From Eledone cirrhosa (Eukaryota): a stretch of DNA of 64,000 nt. The position numbers and the translations under genes were made by a program. Under the pieces are notes generated by a model. It did not search any database. It had not been told where the DNA came from and worked only from the letters and a program-made list of their open reading frames with translations. Below are positions 39,341 through 54,105 of the stretch, piece by piece; the first letter of the stretch is position 1; every line of letters begins with the position of its first letter. The stretch is from assembly GCA_964016885.1 (NCBI GenBank), contig OZ024746.1, positions 68,386,001-68,450,000 on the forward strand, given 5' to 3'.

Positions 39341-42300
39341 AAGTGATTATATTCATCTAAAAACCTTTCATCATAATTTTATGGAAGAACATTTGTTATG
39401 TTAAGTTTTAAAACAACAGTTCAATAAAATAAGAAAGTTAATTATATTACCCAATCACTCTAAAGTCTTAATTATTTTCAAAATGATGTTTAAATAATAG
39501 GCAGTTTTGTTTTTATTAGAGACATGGTGATGAAAGGTTTAAATATGCAAATTATTACAGACCAAAACTCCTTGTCTATATGTAAAAATCTTTACTTGAT
39601 CAAAGCAGGTTTGAATATATGATATGCTGATGAGGTGCTGTAGGACTAAAACATATCTCTAACTACCCTCTTGTTCAAAAACAAAAATGAGATTTTCCTT
39701 TAAGAATGAATATGCAATTTGTAGAATTAATTTTTAATTACTTGAAATTATTTCTCCTTTTCTTTGAGAGTTACTAACATTTACTACTAGATCTTTGTTT
39801 TCTTTCTCCAAATAAGAGGGAAGTTTCAATAAATTAAGAATATGTTCTATATATCATTATGTACATCACTCCTTCAATTATTTGTCAAGTTTTAACATTG
39901 ATTTAAAACTGCCTAATTAAAGCAGCTTTCAGTAAACCAGACAAATATGCTAGAACATATATTAGCATGATGGTGATGATGATTATGATAATAATCATCA
40001 TTGTTGTCATCGTTCTCACCAGCATCATCAGATGCCCATTTTCTATGCTGGCATGGGTTGGACAGGTCAATACAGTCCAAGTCAGTTTTTATTAGAAGTT
40101 ACTACCCTCCAAGATGAGGTTAATGTCATATATACATTCCATTTTTGGTATGGTTTCTGCAGCTGAATATATTTACTTTCAGAGTGCATTGGGCGAATCT
40201 TACCATGGCACCAACATGAGAGACATTGTCAAGTCCTTGACATGACTAAAAAGACCTCTCTACTCTATATTCTTACCATCCAATTACCAACCACTTCATA
40301 GAATTTACTCAGTGTGTTATTTTTTAATGATGGCATTAGAGAGATTACCTCGTCTCCTGTAAGACTAAAGAATTCTTTCTACATGCTGTCTCTGTTCTTT
40401 CAAGGCAAACATGACAGAGTATTAACAGGAGAGAAGTGGTGACCAAGAAGGAGCAAGAGAAAAGAGGAAAAGTATATAAATGTGATAAGGAAAACAGAAT
40501 AATATGACAGAAGGGTAGAGAGAACTGGAAGAGAAATTGATAGATCCTTATGAGAGACAATCTTATTATCTTGTTTATCTGAACTAATTGAAGCTATTTT
40601 TCTCATTTATTTTCCACTGGCCATCAATTCTTGAAGTATAAAAAAAAACATTACAAAATTTATGATTTCTTTTGAAAAAGATGTTAGACATGATTTCATT
40701 ATCAAAAGTAGATTCCCTATTTGAAAATGTATAGTCAAACTGAACTGATAGTGTTAAATCTCGCCATCATTGTTGTGCTATTTTAATGTATATTTTTCAT
40801 CTTTCGGTATCATATTTTCTTGTCTTCATCATGTGTCATCTCATCTAAGAAACCTTACATTCATTAGTAATAGTAACCAAATCTTCATAAATCAGACTTT
40901 ACTGTTTTAGAAAAAAGAAGGACACATTTGACCTTGACCCTGCAGACCTATAATCAAAGGAGTTTCAGCCATAGCAATCCAAGAACATTATACAATGAGT
41001 TTCTTTTCATTTTTTAAGGTGGTAAGACATAATCTAAGATAGAGTGACTTTCTAGTTCTAGCATGACAAGTGACCACATAGAGGCTTCCTTGGTATCTCA
41101 GACTTTTTGAACTTCCTAGTATAAATAGTAAATTGATTCATTTAAAATAATTATGATACCTTGTGACATTTACATAGTATCTATAAATTCTAGTATCTAC
41201 TTTATTATCGTTTTCGCCAGTCTGAGAAGTTTGCAAAGGTTATCAGCTCTGCCCACTCCTCCATACGTTCCTCCAACTCTGATGATTTGATTAAACGAAC
41301 AAAAGGTTATTTCAGAGTGTCTGATGTTCTCAACACGTTTCCTCCATCTTAAGATGGAGAGTTATGTTTCTGAAGAAGGTTGGCAAGAAAATCAACTGTA
41401 TATAACACTTGCAGTCTGTGTAACTAAGTTTTTGGCCAAAAGTTACTTGTTCCTCTAAAGGAAAAGAATTGATGTATTATATATCAATGGTCTTTCAAGA
41501 TGTATGAAAGCAGAAGGAAGGATGAAAGAAGAAAAGAAATGAAGGATGAATAAAGACATAATATAGATACTTGATAAATATTTGGTGTATATATTCTTTT
41601 TGTTTGATGTCCATTTTACATGCTGTATGGATTATTTTTGAAAATTTAGATATTTGCATATTGCTGAAAAGCCATTGTCCTTAAAGTTGAGAGTGTCTAC
41701 TTTGATTAAAGACATATGAATGAACATTGGTTGACAGAAACTGTGTGGAAGCCCACCAAAAGAACTATTCTTATTCTTGGGTGGCAGACTTTAACAGTGT
41801 CCACTTTCTAGCAAGCATTCAGTCAAATTGATCTCAACATAACTTCCATCTATCTTCCCACCAGTCACATAAGCCCTGAAAAAAGGTTATAACTGCTGCC
41901 TTCCTTTTTTAACAAAAGTATTGTCCCCACCCAGCTTCCCAAAATATGAGTAGAACACAATATGTCAGCTAAACAGCCTGAGGCAATCAGATTTATATGT
42001 TAAAATTTTTGAACTCATGACCATATGATGAGTAGTCCAATACCTTCACCTCATACACATTATTTCAACATTCAATTAAATAAAAGAATCAATAAAATTC
42101 AGAGAAAATATTTTCAAAGAAAAATGTTTTGAAAAGGAAAGACTTCTTAGTTTACAGTTGTAAGAAATAAGCTATTTACTTTTTTATTATTTTTTTTTAC
42201 CTAAACTAATAAGCAAAGCTTTTATAGTGAATGCAACTTTCTGATGTAGTTTCTATTTATTATTCATAAGCTGCCACCTTTATTTTCATTCTATCTTTTC

Positions 42301-43129
42301 AATATTATCAGAACTTAACATATTCATCTCATGCATGAAAAGCTGAATTCTATGCATTTTCAAACGAATCAAATCAAATCTTTTCTTAAGTTCTCTTCCA
42401 AATATTTCCCCCTTTTTTTTATCACTATTATCGCATTGAGCCCAAAACACATACCTTTACCTGTTTTTAGTGGTATTTTTATACTTTTTGTTTTGTTTCA
42501 AAATTTTACAGTGAATTTCTTTGCAATTTTATTTTGGTTTATTTAAGTGTTTATTTTATACCTCAGTAAATATTGATTTTTTTTTTGTTTTTATTCCAAC
42601 CACTAACATTGTTACAAACTTAAGCTTTATTGTGATTTATTGCTTAAACTTTTATTATTTGCTAAGAAATGCTAAAATATTTTTCATTCATTAACCATTT
42701 TTGAGAAAAGTTGTTTTGACATAAACATTTTCTAAAACTCATTTTTGATTTTTTTTTTCAAAAAAGTTTAAACTTCTAAAATTATTTAATGTCAATTGAT
42801 TTTTGTTTTTTAACCTAACAGTCATCCATTGTGTTGATTCTTAATGTCCTTCCTAATATCATCTGATGCCGTCCTCAACCTAAACCAATTTACCATTTGT
42901 TACAGTTTGTTAAACTTCATTTGCGTAATCTACAATATATTTTTGTCTATTATACCAAATGAGCATGAAATAGTTGTAACCATTCAACTCACATTTAATA
43001 CGTAACTTTGATAAATCTGTTTCAATCTATTATTATTAAATAAGGTTACATCATTAAAACTCAAATATAAGAATATTTAGCTTATCAGCCTGCTTTTTTT
43101 GTTCTTTTATTTTGTTTGGTTTTTTACTG

Positions 43130-43480
43130 TTAAGCAGAGTTGGGTAGTAATGGACTGAGGAAGAAGATGAAGGGATAGGAGGTATTTATGAAGGCAAAAT
43201 TTAGAAAGACAAAGGTGATGGTAAGTGGTAAAGCATGCAGCAAGGCACAAAGAACAGGTATGTGGCCCCATCCAAGAAGGATGTTGGAGTGGATTCCATT
43301 AAATATATATTTTTTTGATGGATTAAAGATGTAGTGGGGTGAAAGGATTATTAAATAATGTGGCACACTCTTTAAATATAAGATGTGTATGGAAGGAGCT
43401 ACACATGGAGATAATGTGCTGGATCCTGGAGAGTTCCAGTGGGGAAATAGCAATGAAACTGAAGGGAAAGGTGTATACTG
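43130..43480 (+). mobile_element. old RTE-derived fragment
   Basis: KTKVMVSGK...GMWP peptide resembles KTKVLV...GKWP of the 22129 ORF. Confidence 0.45.
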
Positions 43481-44971
43481 TCTTTATCATCATCGATTAA
43501 TGTTCATCATCCATGTTAGCATGGGTTAGACGGGTCCCATTTAGAGGCAAACTGAGTCAGATGACTGTGTCTTGCTCATATAGGGGGTTTTTTGGCTGGT
43601 TTTCTATGGCTGGATGCCCTTCCTAACGCCAACCACATTGACAATGTGTGCTGGGTGCTTTTTGCTGTGTCTTTTACACATTCACTTTACAGTGTGGGCT
43701 GGGTGCTTTTTGATGTGTCTTTTACAGGTCCAATATGAGCTGGGGGGGGGGGGGTTATGGGAGTGAGCAGCATAGAAAGTTGAAAAGAACAGAAATAAGA
43801 ATGGTTCAGTGGAGGACTAGGATATCACTGAGAAAGAGGAAGACAAACAATTGCAGAGGAAAATAGGTGGTGAAAGCTATGAAGAGAAATGAAATGGGAG
43901 GGTTGATTGAGTCAAGTGTTGAGACATGATGAAAGTGAATAAGTGAAAGTAATGGAAATGAATGTGAAAGGAATTAAAGGAAGGGAGAGACCAAGAAAGA
44001 CATGGCTAAAGGTGATGGAGGAGGAAATGAAAGTCAGGAGGTTGGTGAGCAGGGATGTAGAGAGTAAAGTAAAATATAGAAATCTCTCCTATTGTCAGTA
44101 AAGCTAACCACTGTTTTAGCAAAGCAAATGGTGTTAAGACACCTGTATTTAGTCAGGGAAAGAAGACCAATAACAAAGCCTTCTAAGACTGGTGGGAGGG
44201 GAAAAAGCTCTGACCCATGCTTGCTCCAGAGTGGACACCACTAAAACACCCAAGAGCCAGGGATCAATGTTTAAACTGGGTATCAAATTAAAATGAATAT
44301 TCAATCCTTGCTAGCAAGGAAAGCGAACATTAAACAATGATGAGCCATGAGATTGTGAGCCATGTAGGCCATGAGATTTTTTTTTTCCTATGCTCTAACC
44401 ACTCTGCCAATTCACCACGTGCAATATTTCTAACATTTCAACGTTAACCAGATTTAAGGAGGGTATATAAAGAATAACAGGCTCATCCTATAGCTGTAAG
44501 GTTTCAGTTAACTCTTGCGTAAATCTAAAAGTTGTTACCTTGGAAACTCTAGTAAAGAATCTACTGAAGCAAATCTATGGCATGGCAGCAGCCAATAAAA
44601 CTCACAAAATCAATACACCAGATATAGTTTAGATTTCGATGAATTATTCATTTACACTTCTAATACATATTTTATTGACCCTGGAAATATAAAAGGCTAA
44701 GTCAACTTTGGTACCCTGAATTTAATTCCTGCCAATATCCATTACATATATAATCTACTACCATAAATCTCAAGGTGGTGCTGGTTATAGTTCGAACAAC
44801 GATAGAGTGATAATATGATAAAATTTTACTATAAACAGACACACCAAATATCTTAAATCTAGATGTCTGGAGTGTTGTTGAATAATAAATAATGAATTTT
44901 GAAAAGAATGTTATGAAGTCTCTGAAAATATATTACTTTCAGTAAAAAAAAAATTCTATATTATATAAATA

Positions 44972-46223
44972 TGTGGTTTGCCTCAAATGTAAGGCTACTG
45001 ATGTTTTATTTAAATGTATATTAGATGGACATGAAATGACAAGCTATCGCCTTCAAAATACGCCCCTTGGGAAGTCTCGTGGCGGTTCTAACGTTTTTTG
45101 CATTAATCATAGCAGTAGTGGAAGCCCTTTTCTGTCAGTTACAATTTTTTGTATGTTTTCCACAGTCCAAAAATGATGATCCTTCAGCTTCGATTTCAAC
45201 TTAGGGAATAAGCAGAAATCACACAGAGCTAAGATCTGTGCTGTAGGGAAGATGTGGAAGAATGGGAATTTTGAAAGGAATGCATGAGCTGGTGGATTAT
45301 CATGATGTAATACCCATTCTCCTGCTATGTCCTTTCGGACTCCCTGGACCAGTTTTCAAAGTCATTCCAAGATATCTTTGTAGAAGGTGTGATTAATTAG
45401 AGGTAAAATTCTTTATCAATTCTTTTCACAGTTCTGGTATTGTTGACAATCATCGTTTTCCCCTTGTAACTGCTAGTGCGTGCTTTCTTCTGACAAGGAC
45501 AATTTTTTGTGTGCCTCTCCTCACTTCACCGTTTTCTCTTTGGATTGTACCCACAATTTATCTCCTGTTATTACTTTATCCAACAAATTTAGCTCAATTT
45601 CGTGTCTTTCTATCAAATCCTGGCAAATTTCCAGCCGGTTCACTCTTTGCTTCACAGACAAGTGTTTGGGCACTAGTTCTGCACACATTTTTTGCATGAG
45701 CAAATAGTCTATTAAAATTCTATGAACTGCATTTTTATCCAAGCTGGTTTCTTCTGCAATCATCCTAACGATTACTCGACAATCTTTTGTCATCACCATT
45801 CACATCAGTTCCACATTTTGTTTATTTGTTGACAAGATTGGCCTTCCAGAACAAGGTTCGTCTCCAACATTTTCTCAGACCTCTTTGAAATCTTTGTGCA
45901 ACTTAAAAACCTTACTTCTTGATAGAGTGGCATCTCCATAAGTTTGTGTTAAAGAATTAAATGTTTTGGTGGCAGATTTGTTGAGTTTCACACAAAATTT
46001 GATCGCATATCACTGTTTAATATTGTCTTGCATCGCAAATGTAACAGGTTATAAATATGTCTGTATATAAACAGCAATAACTCACAAATAAATCACACAT
46101 GTTAAAACAAGTATGTACATGCAGCCAAGGTCAAAACCAACACATCTATATACATCAACAAGGTGCTGCATTAGCATGTCATACATAGAAAAATCAGTAC
46201 TCTTACTTTTGAAACAAACCTCA
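44972..46223 (-). mobile_element. decayed mariner transposon (~1.25 kb)
   Basis: TA-flanked ~30-bp TIRs (TGTGGTTTGCCTCAAATGTAAG / TGAGGTTTGTTTCAAAAGTAAG); peptides YAIKFCVKL, SGRP, LVPKHLS, ITGDKLWV, HLPYSTDL with stops and frameshifts. Confidence 0.88.
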
Positions 46224-46964
46224 TATGTAATTGAATGGTTATTGTTGGTGTTTAGCCCTAGATCAACACTGATGGAAATGGTGGTATTCAAGAGCTTTGA
46301 TCATATTCCAGAGTGTACCATTAGGCTATATTATTCATAAGTCCTTCCATTTTTGTTAATAAAAAAGTGTGATTTGAGGGAGATTTAACTGCTGTTTATA
46401 GTAGTTTAAGTGGTCATGTAGATACTTATCAGGCTACAAACTTCAAACATAAACAATTCAATCCTTTTTGACAGTGTAAACTACTTGTTTTAATTTTGCT
46501 GCACTTTCCTTGCATTTGAGACAGCAACAATTATAGGGCCCAAGTTTGCTGATTGCCTTATGGTGGGCCCCGAAAACATAACTGATCTTGATCAGGTGAG
46601 TGACAACAACATGAGGGAGCACAAGGGTATACTTAAGAAGAGTTGATAGGCTATAGAGTTTGCTCTTTCCTCCCCTCTCCCTCTTGTTTCCTTATTTAAT
46701 TTTTTATTGTAAACGATTAAGGCAGATTTAGGGAAATAACTAAAATTCCATTAGTATCTATTTTAAAATTTAAATTGTATTGACAAGAAGCTTTGAATTA
46801 CTTTTTAACTGCTGAGTTCAAGCAATTTTGTACAATGAAAAATGACATCTATTAATGAAACATCTGGAACAATAATTCACATAAATTGTAGGAATTTTTA
46901 CAACTCTATATCTTCCAATTACATTGAGAAAAAAATATCCCCTAAAAAATCTGAAACCTTTGTA

Positions 46965-47154
46965 TTAACCCTTTAGCCTTTAAAGTGGCTGTATCTAACT
47001 TGAATTCTCTCACCTCTTTCTGTTCAAACTGGCCTTAAATGGCCACTCATACCGACATTGAGGTCTTGTTCTCAAAATGGATAACATTAAAATCTCATAT
47101 ATTCGATATTATAATACTAGTAAATATAGAGTAATGTAAATGCTAAAGGGTTAA
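46965..47154. mobile_element. piggyBac-like MITE
   Basis: TTAA-CCCTTTAGC...GCTAAAGGG-TTAA. Confidence 0.8.
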
Positions 47155-47729
47155 GCTAAGTTTACCTAAATTTAACATCTACACTTTCTATCTACCTAAT
47201 ACAAAAATGAACTAAAAACTATGTTATTTTACCATCAAATATGTATACCTGCTTTTACCTGTCTCTAGTAACTTTTACTACTCCCATAAACTTTGGATAA
47301 ATGTAATTTACTAAACGTGACATGAATTTAATTTATACAAATATTGGAATATTTTAATCAAAACATAACAAAAACTTGAATTTGAATTAATATCCAGGGG
47401 AAAAAAAATAAATATTTAATGTCTTTCTACATAATTATGAGATTTAGTCTTTCTAGCAAGTGAAAGAAATGAAGAAAGCCAAGAAATAGTAAGCCAAGCA
47501 AAATCTTAAAATGTAAAAGGACAAAAAAGATGGGGGAGTTTTCACGTTTTTCCATTTAAATATTGCTTCAATCTTAAAATATATTCTAGTAAAGTTAACA
47601 AAACATGTAATTAAACAGTAGAATACACAACATACGCCATGAGGAAAAAGTGAAGTCAAATATTCTACCAGATTCTTTCATTAGAGGAAGGGAAGAAAGG
47701 CCAATTGGTGTTGAAAGATAAATATATAT

Positions 47730-48006
47730 GCTTGTATGTGTGTGTGTGAGTGTGTGTGTGTGAGCATGTCTGTGTGAGTGTGTGTCTGTGCATGTGTGTG
47801 TGGGCATGTGTATGTGTGCCTGTGTATATGTGCCTGTGTGCATGCATAGGTCTGCATGTATGTGTGCCTGTGTATGTGTGCCTGTGTATGTGTGCCTGTG
47901 TATGTGTGCCTGTGTATGTGTGCTTGTGTATGTGTGCTTGTGTATGTGCGCATGTATATGTGCCTGTATGTATGCATGTATGTGTGAGGGGGGGGGGGGG
48001 GGGGGG
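47730..48006. repeat. TG-rich 14-mer minisatellite plus poly-G
   Basis: Tandem TGTGTATGTGTGCC units. Confidence 0.9.
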
Positions 48007-48353
48007 TTCATCATCAGCAGCATAAATTTATGTCTGCTTTCCCTAGTGACATAGGTGAGATGATCATCAGTCAAAATCAGTTCTTATTCAGGGTTGATTT
48101 AAAGATATACTTTCTGTCAATTTCAATTATGAACATTCAGTTGTTCAATAAACTGGACATTTAACGCATTTAACATCTAAGAGGTTGAGTATTCTATAGT
48201 CTGAATATTCCAACACTTCATTCCATGTCATCCTAGGGTTTCCCCTCCCTTACCTTCAAGATCTATCAAATCTAATGATATTCATTTTATTTTCTCCTTG
48301 TTCTGACCCCTTCTTCCCTGCTAACATTTGTTTTTGTTACTCTCCACCTCTTT

Positions 48354-48596
48354 TACGAAGGTGGGCTGAAAAGTTCATAGTCTGACTACGAAGGAGTGAT
48401 GCTAGTGCTGTGAAATCTTGCATGCATTATTTTCAACTCTTCTCATTAATAACTGCATTGTTTTTTTCCAGGGAGTATGTTGAAAAGTAAACCTCATTTG
48501 GCTTGTACACGTTTCTGTTTGAAGAGTTCTATAAACCCCTTTTGGTTCTATAAACCCCTTTTGATCAGCCTATGAACTTTTTAGCTGACTCTTGTA
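48354..48596. mobile_element. mariner-derived MITE
   Basis: TA-flanked TIRs CGAAGGTGGGCTGAAAAGTTCATAG / CTATGAACTTTTTAGCTGACTCTTG. Confidence 0.7.
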
Positions 48597-49250
48597 TTTT
48601 ATTTTGCCCTCTGTCTCTCTTCCTCCTCCCCTTTGCTGCCTCTGTTGCATGCTAATCCCAATTTATTTATCTTTCACCACCAATTGACATTTGTTCCTGA
48701 TCAAAGGAATAGGCCTGCTTAAAATAGTAAACTTCTCTTTATCCTCATGGCATAACATCTATTCCACTGTTTGAACTATTTTATTACTATTTGATGATTC
48801 AAAGCATTACGAGTTTCCTTGAATTTTACTCTTTTATTCTACTAAAAATGTCTGACATATGTTTGATTATACATTATTATGGACATCTAATAAAACTGAA
48901 ACATGTCCAAAGATTCAGGTAGTTGAGAAGTGAACTATCTGCACCTATTTATATATATTATTATCATTGTTTACTGTCCATTTTCTGTGCTAACATGGGT
49001 TAGACACGTTGTCACATTATGAGACAAGTCAGGTCCAGAGAACACCTCTTCTTCATACGGATCTGAATTTTAGCTTGATTTCTATGGCTGGATGCCCTTC
49101 TTAACACCAACAACATTAGTGTGGACTGTTCTTTTTATTGTGGCACCAAAATATATATATATAAATAATTTAGGTTATTCAGTTAGTTTGTTGATTACTG
49201 TTGAACAGATCAATGCTGGAGTCAGGTCTGTCACATCATTATATATATAA

Positions 49251-49454
49251 TAGGTGAATTCCTGATGTATATCAAGGGAGGGGACCATAGTTAATAAAGG
49301 TACTCAATACGTTAGTAGAGTAGAGGCATCTTTATTTTATTATAGAAATTACTTCTATAGAACTCGAACTGTTTCATTCGTAAGAAATCATCAGGGAAGT
49401 CTTATGAATTCTTACAAATGAAACAGTTCTAGTCCAGTAGAAGACATTTCTATA

Positions 49455-49456
<2 letters not shown>
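49251..49456. mobile_element. fold-back PLE-end module with HHR (minus strand, 49351-49400)
   Basis: Between TA runs; inverted arms ~49340-49392 and 49402-49455; CTGATGA...GAAAC core on minus strand. Confidence 0.7.
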
Positions 49457-49513
<57 letters not shown>

Positions 49514-50369
49514 GTGTCTGTCTGTGTGCTATATTAGAGTAATCTAATAAATATTAACATCAAATCTCAAATTGCAATATATTCTTCTCTATGAATGTTG
49601 AGAGAAAAATAAATCATTGAACAAAGTAGGCAAGCCTACAGGAACATTTTCTGAAGTACATCTTATAAAACAACACTTCTTTAAAATAATAGATATGTCT
49701 ACTTCTTGTGTTTCAACATTTTCTTTAGTTCTAAATTCTTGTTACAACACTTCTAACATCATATTAACACTTACTTCTTAAGTGAATAGCTTTGTATTCT
49801 CGAGATATAAATTCTTTTTGGATAATAACACAAGCGAGAAAATATGGTCAATTTATCATACAATGTACAAACTATATACACAGCCGTAAACACAATAAAT
49901 AGTCATGAAATTTGCTTTATCTATTAGCTTATGTATTACAGGTTATCAGGATAACTATGAACCCTGCTTTGTTTGTCATGCTAAGGACAGCAGAAAATCA
50001 ACACAGATTTGTCAGTAAACCAATAAGAGCACCATACTATCCTAATTGATTTACCTATCTTATACATGCTGGACTGGGCTAAGTAATTCTAGTAATTCAT
50101 TCACACTAGACTGTGTTCTGTTCTAACATGATTGTACTTGAGTTTATTTGATTGAAAGATTGAAGCTTTTGCTCGGGGGTTTTTAATTTAATATGATTTT
50201 CTAAATGGCAGCTTGGCAATACCTGCCATATTAAAGATGCAGTGAACTTTAATCTTTTTTGTCATCAATATTAGACTGATTTTATATTTGTTATTCTGTT
50301 TGGATGTGTAGGTTGGCAAAGTTTACAAAACAATCACTTTCTACGAGTCGTCATCTTCATTTTGAGTAA

Positions 50370-50525
50370 TTTGAACTCAGAATGGCAAATTACGGCCCTT
50401 GCCATTCTGAGTTCAAATCCCGCTGAGGTTAACTTTGCCTTTCATCCTTACGGGGGTCGATAAAATAAAGTACCAGTAATGCTCTGGGTAATTGCTGGCC
50501 TTGTGCCAAAAGTAGAAACAATTAT
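50370..50525 (+). mobile_element. 5'-truncated SINE family A with 5' inverted duplication and 17-bp TSD
   Basis: ATCTTCATTTTGAGTAA at 50353-50369 and 50524-50540; TTTGAACTCAGAATGGCAA / TTGCCATTCTGAGTTCAAA hairpin. Confidence 0.85.
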
Positions 50526-51717
50526 CTTCATTTTGAGTAAGATTTAGACTTATGCTAATATAGTAGGGTCTTGCATGTATAATATAGTAAGAAGAAAAAC
50601 TGATCACTGAGATTATACATATGAAATCACTCTGGGGGGGGATGGGTTAAGTTAAAGCCTAAAACCAAGAAACAAGGGAGATAACTCCAATAAGATCAAC
50701 CAATCACAGTTTTTTAGAAAATAAAAATGATGTAGATGGGAGTAGATCTATTTTTTATAGCCAATTATTGAAGCAAAACAGATATATTTCAATTTTATTA
50801 TATTTCTTCACCAAAGCAATTTTTACTCGACAGGAATTAGAAGGTTAGGGTTATATATACAGATATTGTAATGCCGTTGATTATAAATATTAGTAAATGA
50901 TGGTTTCTTATTTTTTAATATTCTTTGGAATGCTTTCATCCTGATTTTAATAACCTCAAAGAGTCACTTTTAAACCTCAGTGAATTAATCTAAGACTGAA
51001 ATGAACTGTAGTCATTGCCTCTGCAATAACACATAATGAATTATCTACTATCCATTTAATTACCATAATGATGATATGGTCTATTGTTAGCATTATATAA
51101 AAGTTATGTTCACTTTAACACATCTCACCTACCTCATTCCTCTCACCATCTTACAAATAACCAACTGTTTTCTGTAATCAAATTCTCTTGAAATTTAAAG
51201 GTAGTGGATTGGCAGAATCATTAGAGTATCAGAAAAAAATGTCTGCAGTATTTAGTTATGTCCTACATTCTGAGTTCAAATCATACTGAGGTCAATTTTC
51301 ATTTTTTTCTCTTTCCAGTGTCAATAAAATACCTGTGGAGTACTGGAGTGGATTGATATTCCTATAGTCCAGCCTAGATGTGAATGGAATTAAAATAAAA
51401 GATCCATCACAAATAAAATATTTTAACCATTTTGATATGAAACCTCTATAATATCTAAAAACCCTTCCTTTATTATTTTATGTAAGAACCTTTATGTTAT
51501 GCTCCAAACAACAGTCAAATAATAAGAAAGTTAGTTATTTTAGTAAATCCTACCAAATTGTATATTATTTTCCAATTTAAATGAAAATCAAAAACTGTTT
51601 TTCATTAGAAACATGGTAATGAATGGGTTAAACCACCTAAGACACCATATTTAATGTAAAGTAACAGAATTGATCTACTATTCCAAGTAAAGTATTACAG
51701 CATGTTTTGGCTATTAT

Positions 51718-51898
51718 TTGGCAGTATCGGTAGAGGGTCGGACGCCATGCTTTGACGCATAGAGTTACGGCCCTTGCCATTCTGAGTTCAAATCCCGCCG
51801 AGGTTAACTTTGCCTTTCATCCTTACGGGGTCGATAAAATAAAGTACCAGTAATACACTGGTAAATTGCTGGCCTTGTGCCAAAAGTAGAAACAATTA
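51718..51898 (+). mobile_element. SINE family A
   Basis: Highly similar to 14902-15094. Confidence 0.9.
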
Positions 51899-52700
51899 TG
51901 TCAATAAATGATGATGATGAGGGTAGGTGGTGGTTGTGGTAGTGGTAGTAATGGTGGTGGTAAAGATAGTGGCAGTAGTGGTGAAGGTGGTGGTGGTGAT
52001 GATGGTGATGAATCTGGACATTTGAATAGCAAATACAATCCATCTAATGTGCTTCCACACTTTTTTATCAAGCCAGAAAAGATGAAAGGCTAAGTTGACC
52101 TCAGCAATATTTCAAAGTAGAGAGCAAATAGTTAGAATAAATATTGCAATATATTTATATCTGACATTTTTAACAACTCTATCAATAAGCTGTCTGAGAT
52201 CTAATGAGATCGAAATATGTCTGTTGCTTTCACTAAGTTAGCTTAATGACAATGTCCACACCCACTCCATTGTCTTAAATTGTTCAAAAAGACTTGTATC
52301 AGTTTAGACTATAACAGTTCTCCCCCCTTGTTTATTTTTCATATAAGATTTTTTTTTTGTCCATGCAAGTAAAATAGTAAATTAAGAATCCACAGAAGTA
52401 TTTTTAAAAAAATCATTTACTTTAGTCATATTTATTGTAAGAATGTTTTTTAAGTGTTAGAAAAAAAACTTTATTGTTTTGCTTCATTCTGTGATAATGG
52501 AAAAAAATATGACAGATATTCAATGGAATATTGTCAGCATTTATGACATATTTTATTAGTAAACATCCATTTTCTATAGAATTTAGTTATGGTTTATATG
52601 TAATAAACTAGTTATACTTCTACAATGCACAAAATATTTTAATCTTTTATACAATTTCTAGTAGTATTTAATATGATATTTTAAACATTGAACAGTTATA

Positions 52701-53089
52701 GGGGTCCATGGCATTTTAGTGGGTTGAAATGCTTCCAGTAAACAAATTGTTTGGAAACTATGTGTGATAGAAATTTTAGTAAAGTTCTATAAAGAGTTTT
52801 CAATTAGGAATGAAGACTCAGAATTATATAAATTGCAGAATGGGTTGTTGAAGTAGTCACTCCTTTCTCAATCTCATTATGCATGTATGAGTGTATATGT
52901 TTATACACATATGCATCAATAGTTCTCAACCTTTATTTACCCATGGACCCCTTTGATTCCTATTTTACTCTGGTTCTGCAATTTATATAACTGAAAACTC
53001 TTTATAGAACATAACTAAGATTTCTATCACACATAGTTCCCAAGCAATTTGTTTACTGGAAGCATTTCAACCCACTAAAATGCCACAGG
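52701..53089. repeat. inverted pair of hAT-like MITE fragments
   Basis: ~100-bp arms at 52708-52806 and 52988-53087; CAATAGTTCTCAACC hAT-like terminus at ~52917. Confidence 0.6.
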
Positions 53090-53569
53090 CTTCAGCTATG
53101 TGTATAAAGGGATCTACTTTATATTCCCAGTTGATAAGGCTAAACATTATGGGTAGAGGGGAACTGTTGACAGATCATTGCAAAAATATACAGTATTAGA
53201 GTAAAGACTAAGTCATAGTGCTGTTTTGTAGTTTTCGAGAATGTTTTGTTACTACAACTTCATGTGGTACAAGATTTTAAGAATCAAAGCATCACTGAAT
53301 ATTCAAATAACTAAATCTGGTTTTCAGAAATCCTAAATATAGTAAAGTAGTGGCTACCTTTTACTGTAAGTAACCATACTTGTCACCTGCTATGGTCTTT
53401 CTTATTAGGGTTAGAACAAGCATAGCAAATGCATATTAAAGGAAACTAGGATTCTCTTAAAAACCCAGGATATTATAAAACTTAACCCATTTGCATCATT
53501 TCCAGTAGACACTATGGTACAAAATATGGTTAGTATTGTTATTATATAAAATATAATTTCTTTCCAAGT

Positions 53570-54105
53570 AACTATCCTTAGCTAGAAACTTCTCCTGTAG
53601 ACATCTCACTAAGAAGAGGGCATCTGTAGTTCTTTTCCCAGGCATGAAAACAAACTGCATCTCATCTACTCCTTTCCTAATTAGCTGTGCTATAACTCTT
53701 TCCATTATTTTCATAACTTGGTCCATTAGTTTTATTCCTCTGTAGTTGTTCCTTTAAAGGGCATCACCTTTACCATGCTTCGTTGGATGAGCAATGTAAA
53801 TGTGAGAGAGAGGCAAAGTTTGGATAAACTGAAGGAGAAACTGAGTTTAAGAAGAATCCAAAGAGAGAATACTGCTTTGGTACAGACATGTGATGTGCAT
53901 GGATATCGCTGGTTGAAGTGCCAGGAAATCTCAGTGGTGGGAAGAGTAAGGAAGATCTGGGCAGAGATAGTGAGAGCTGATCTCAAACACTGAGACTCAG
54001 AGAAGAGAAGATGAAGGAACACAGCGAGTGAAGAGATGCTGTGCTAAACAGGACCCATCAAACCCATGCAATTATGGAAAACGGACGTGATGATGATGAT
54101 GATGT
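53570..54105. mobile_element. old RTE LINE with 5' inversion
   Basis: Minus-strand RT piece (MDQVMKIMERVIAQLIR) abuts a plus-strand 3' piece (MLRWMSNVNV...(GAT)n). Confidence 0.8.
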
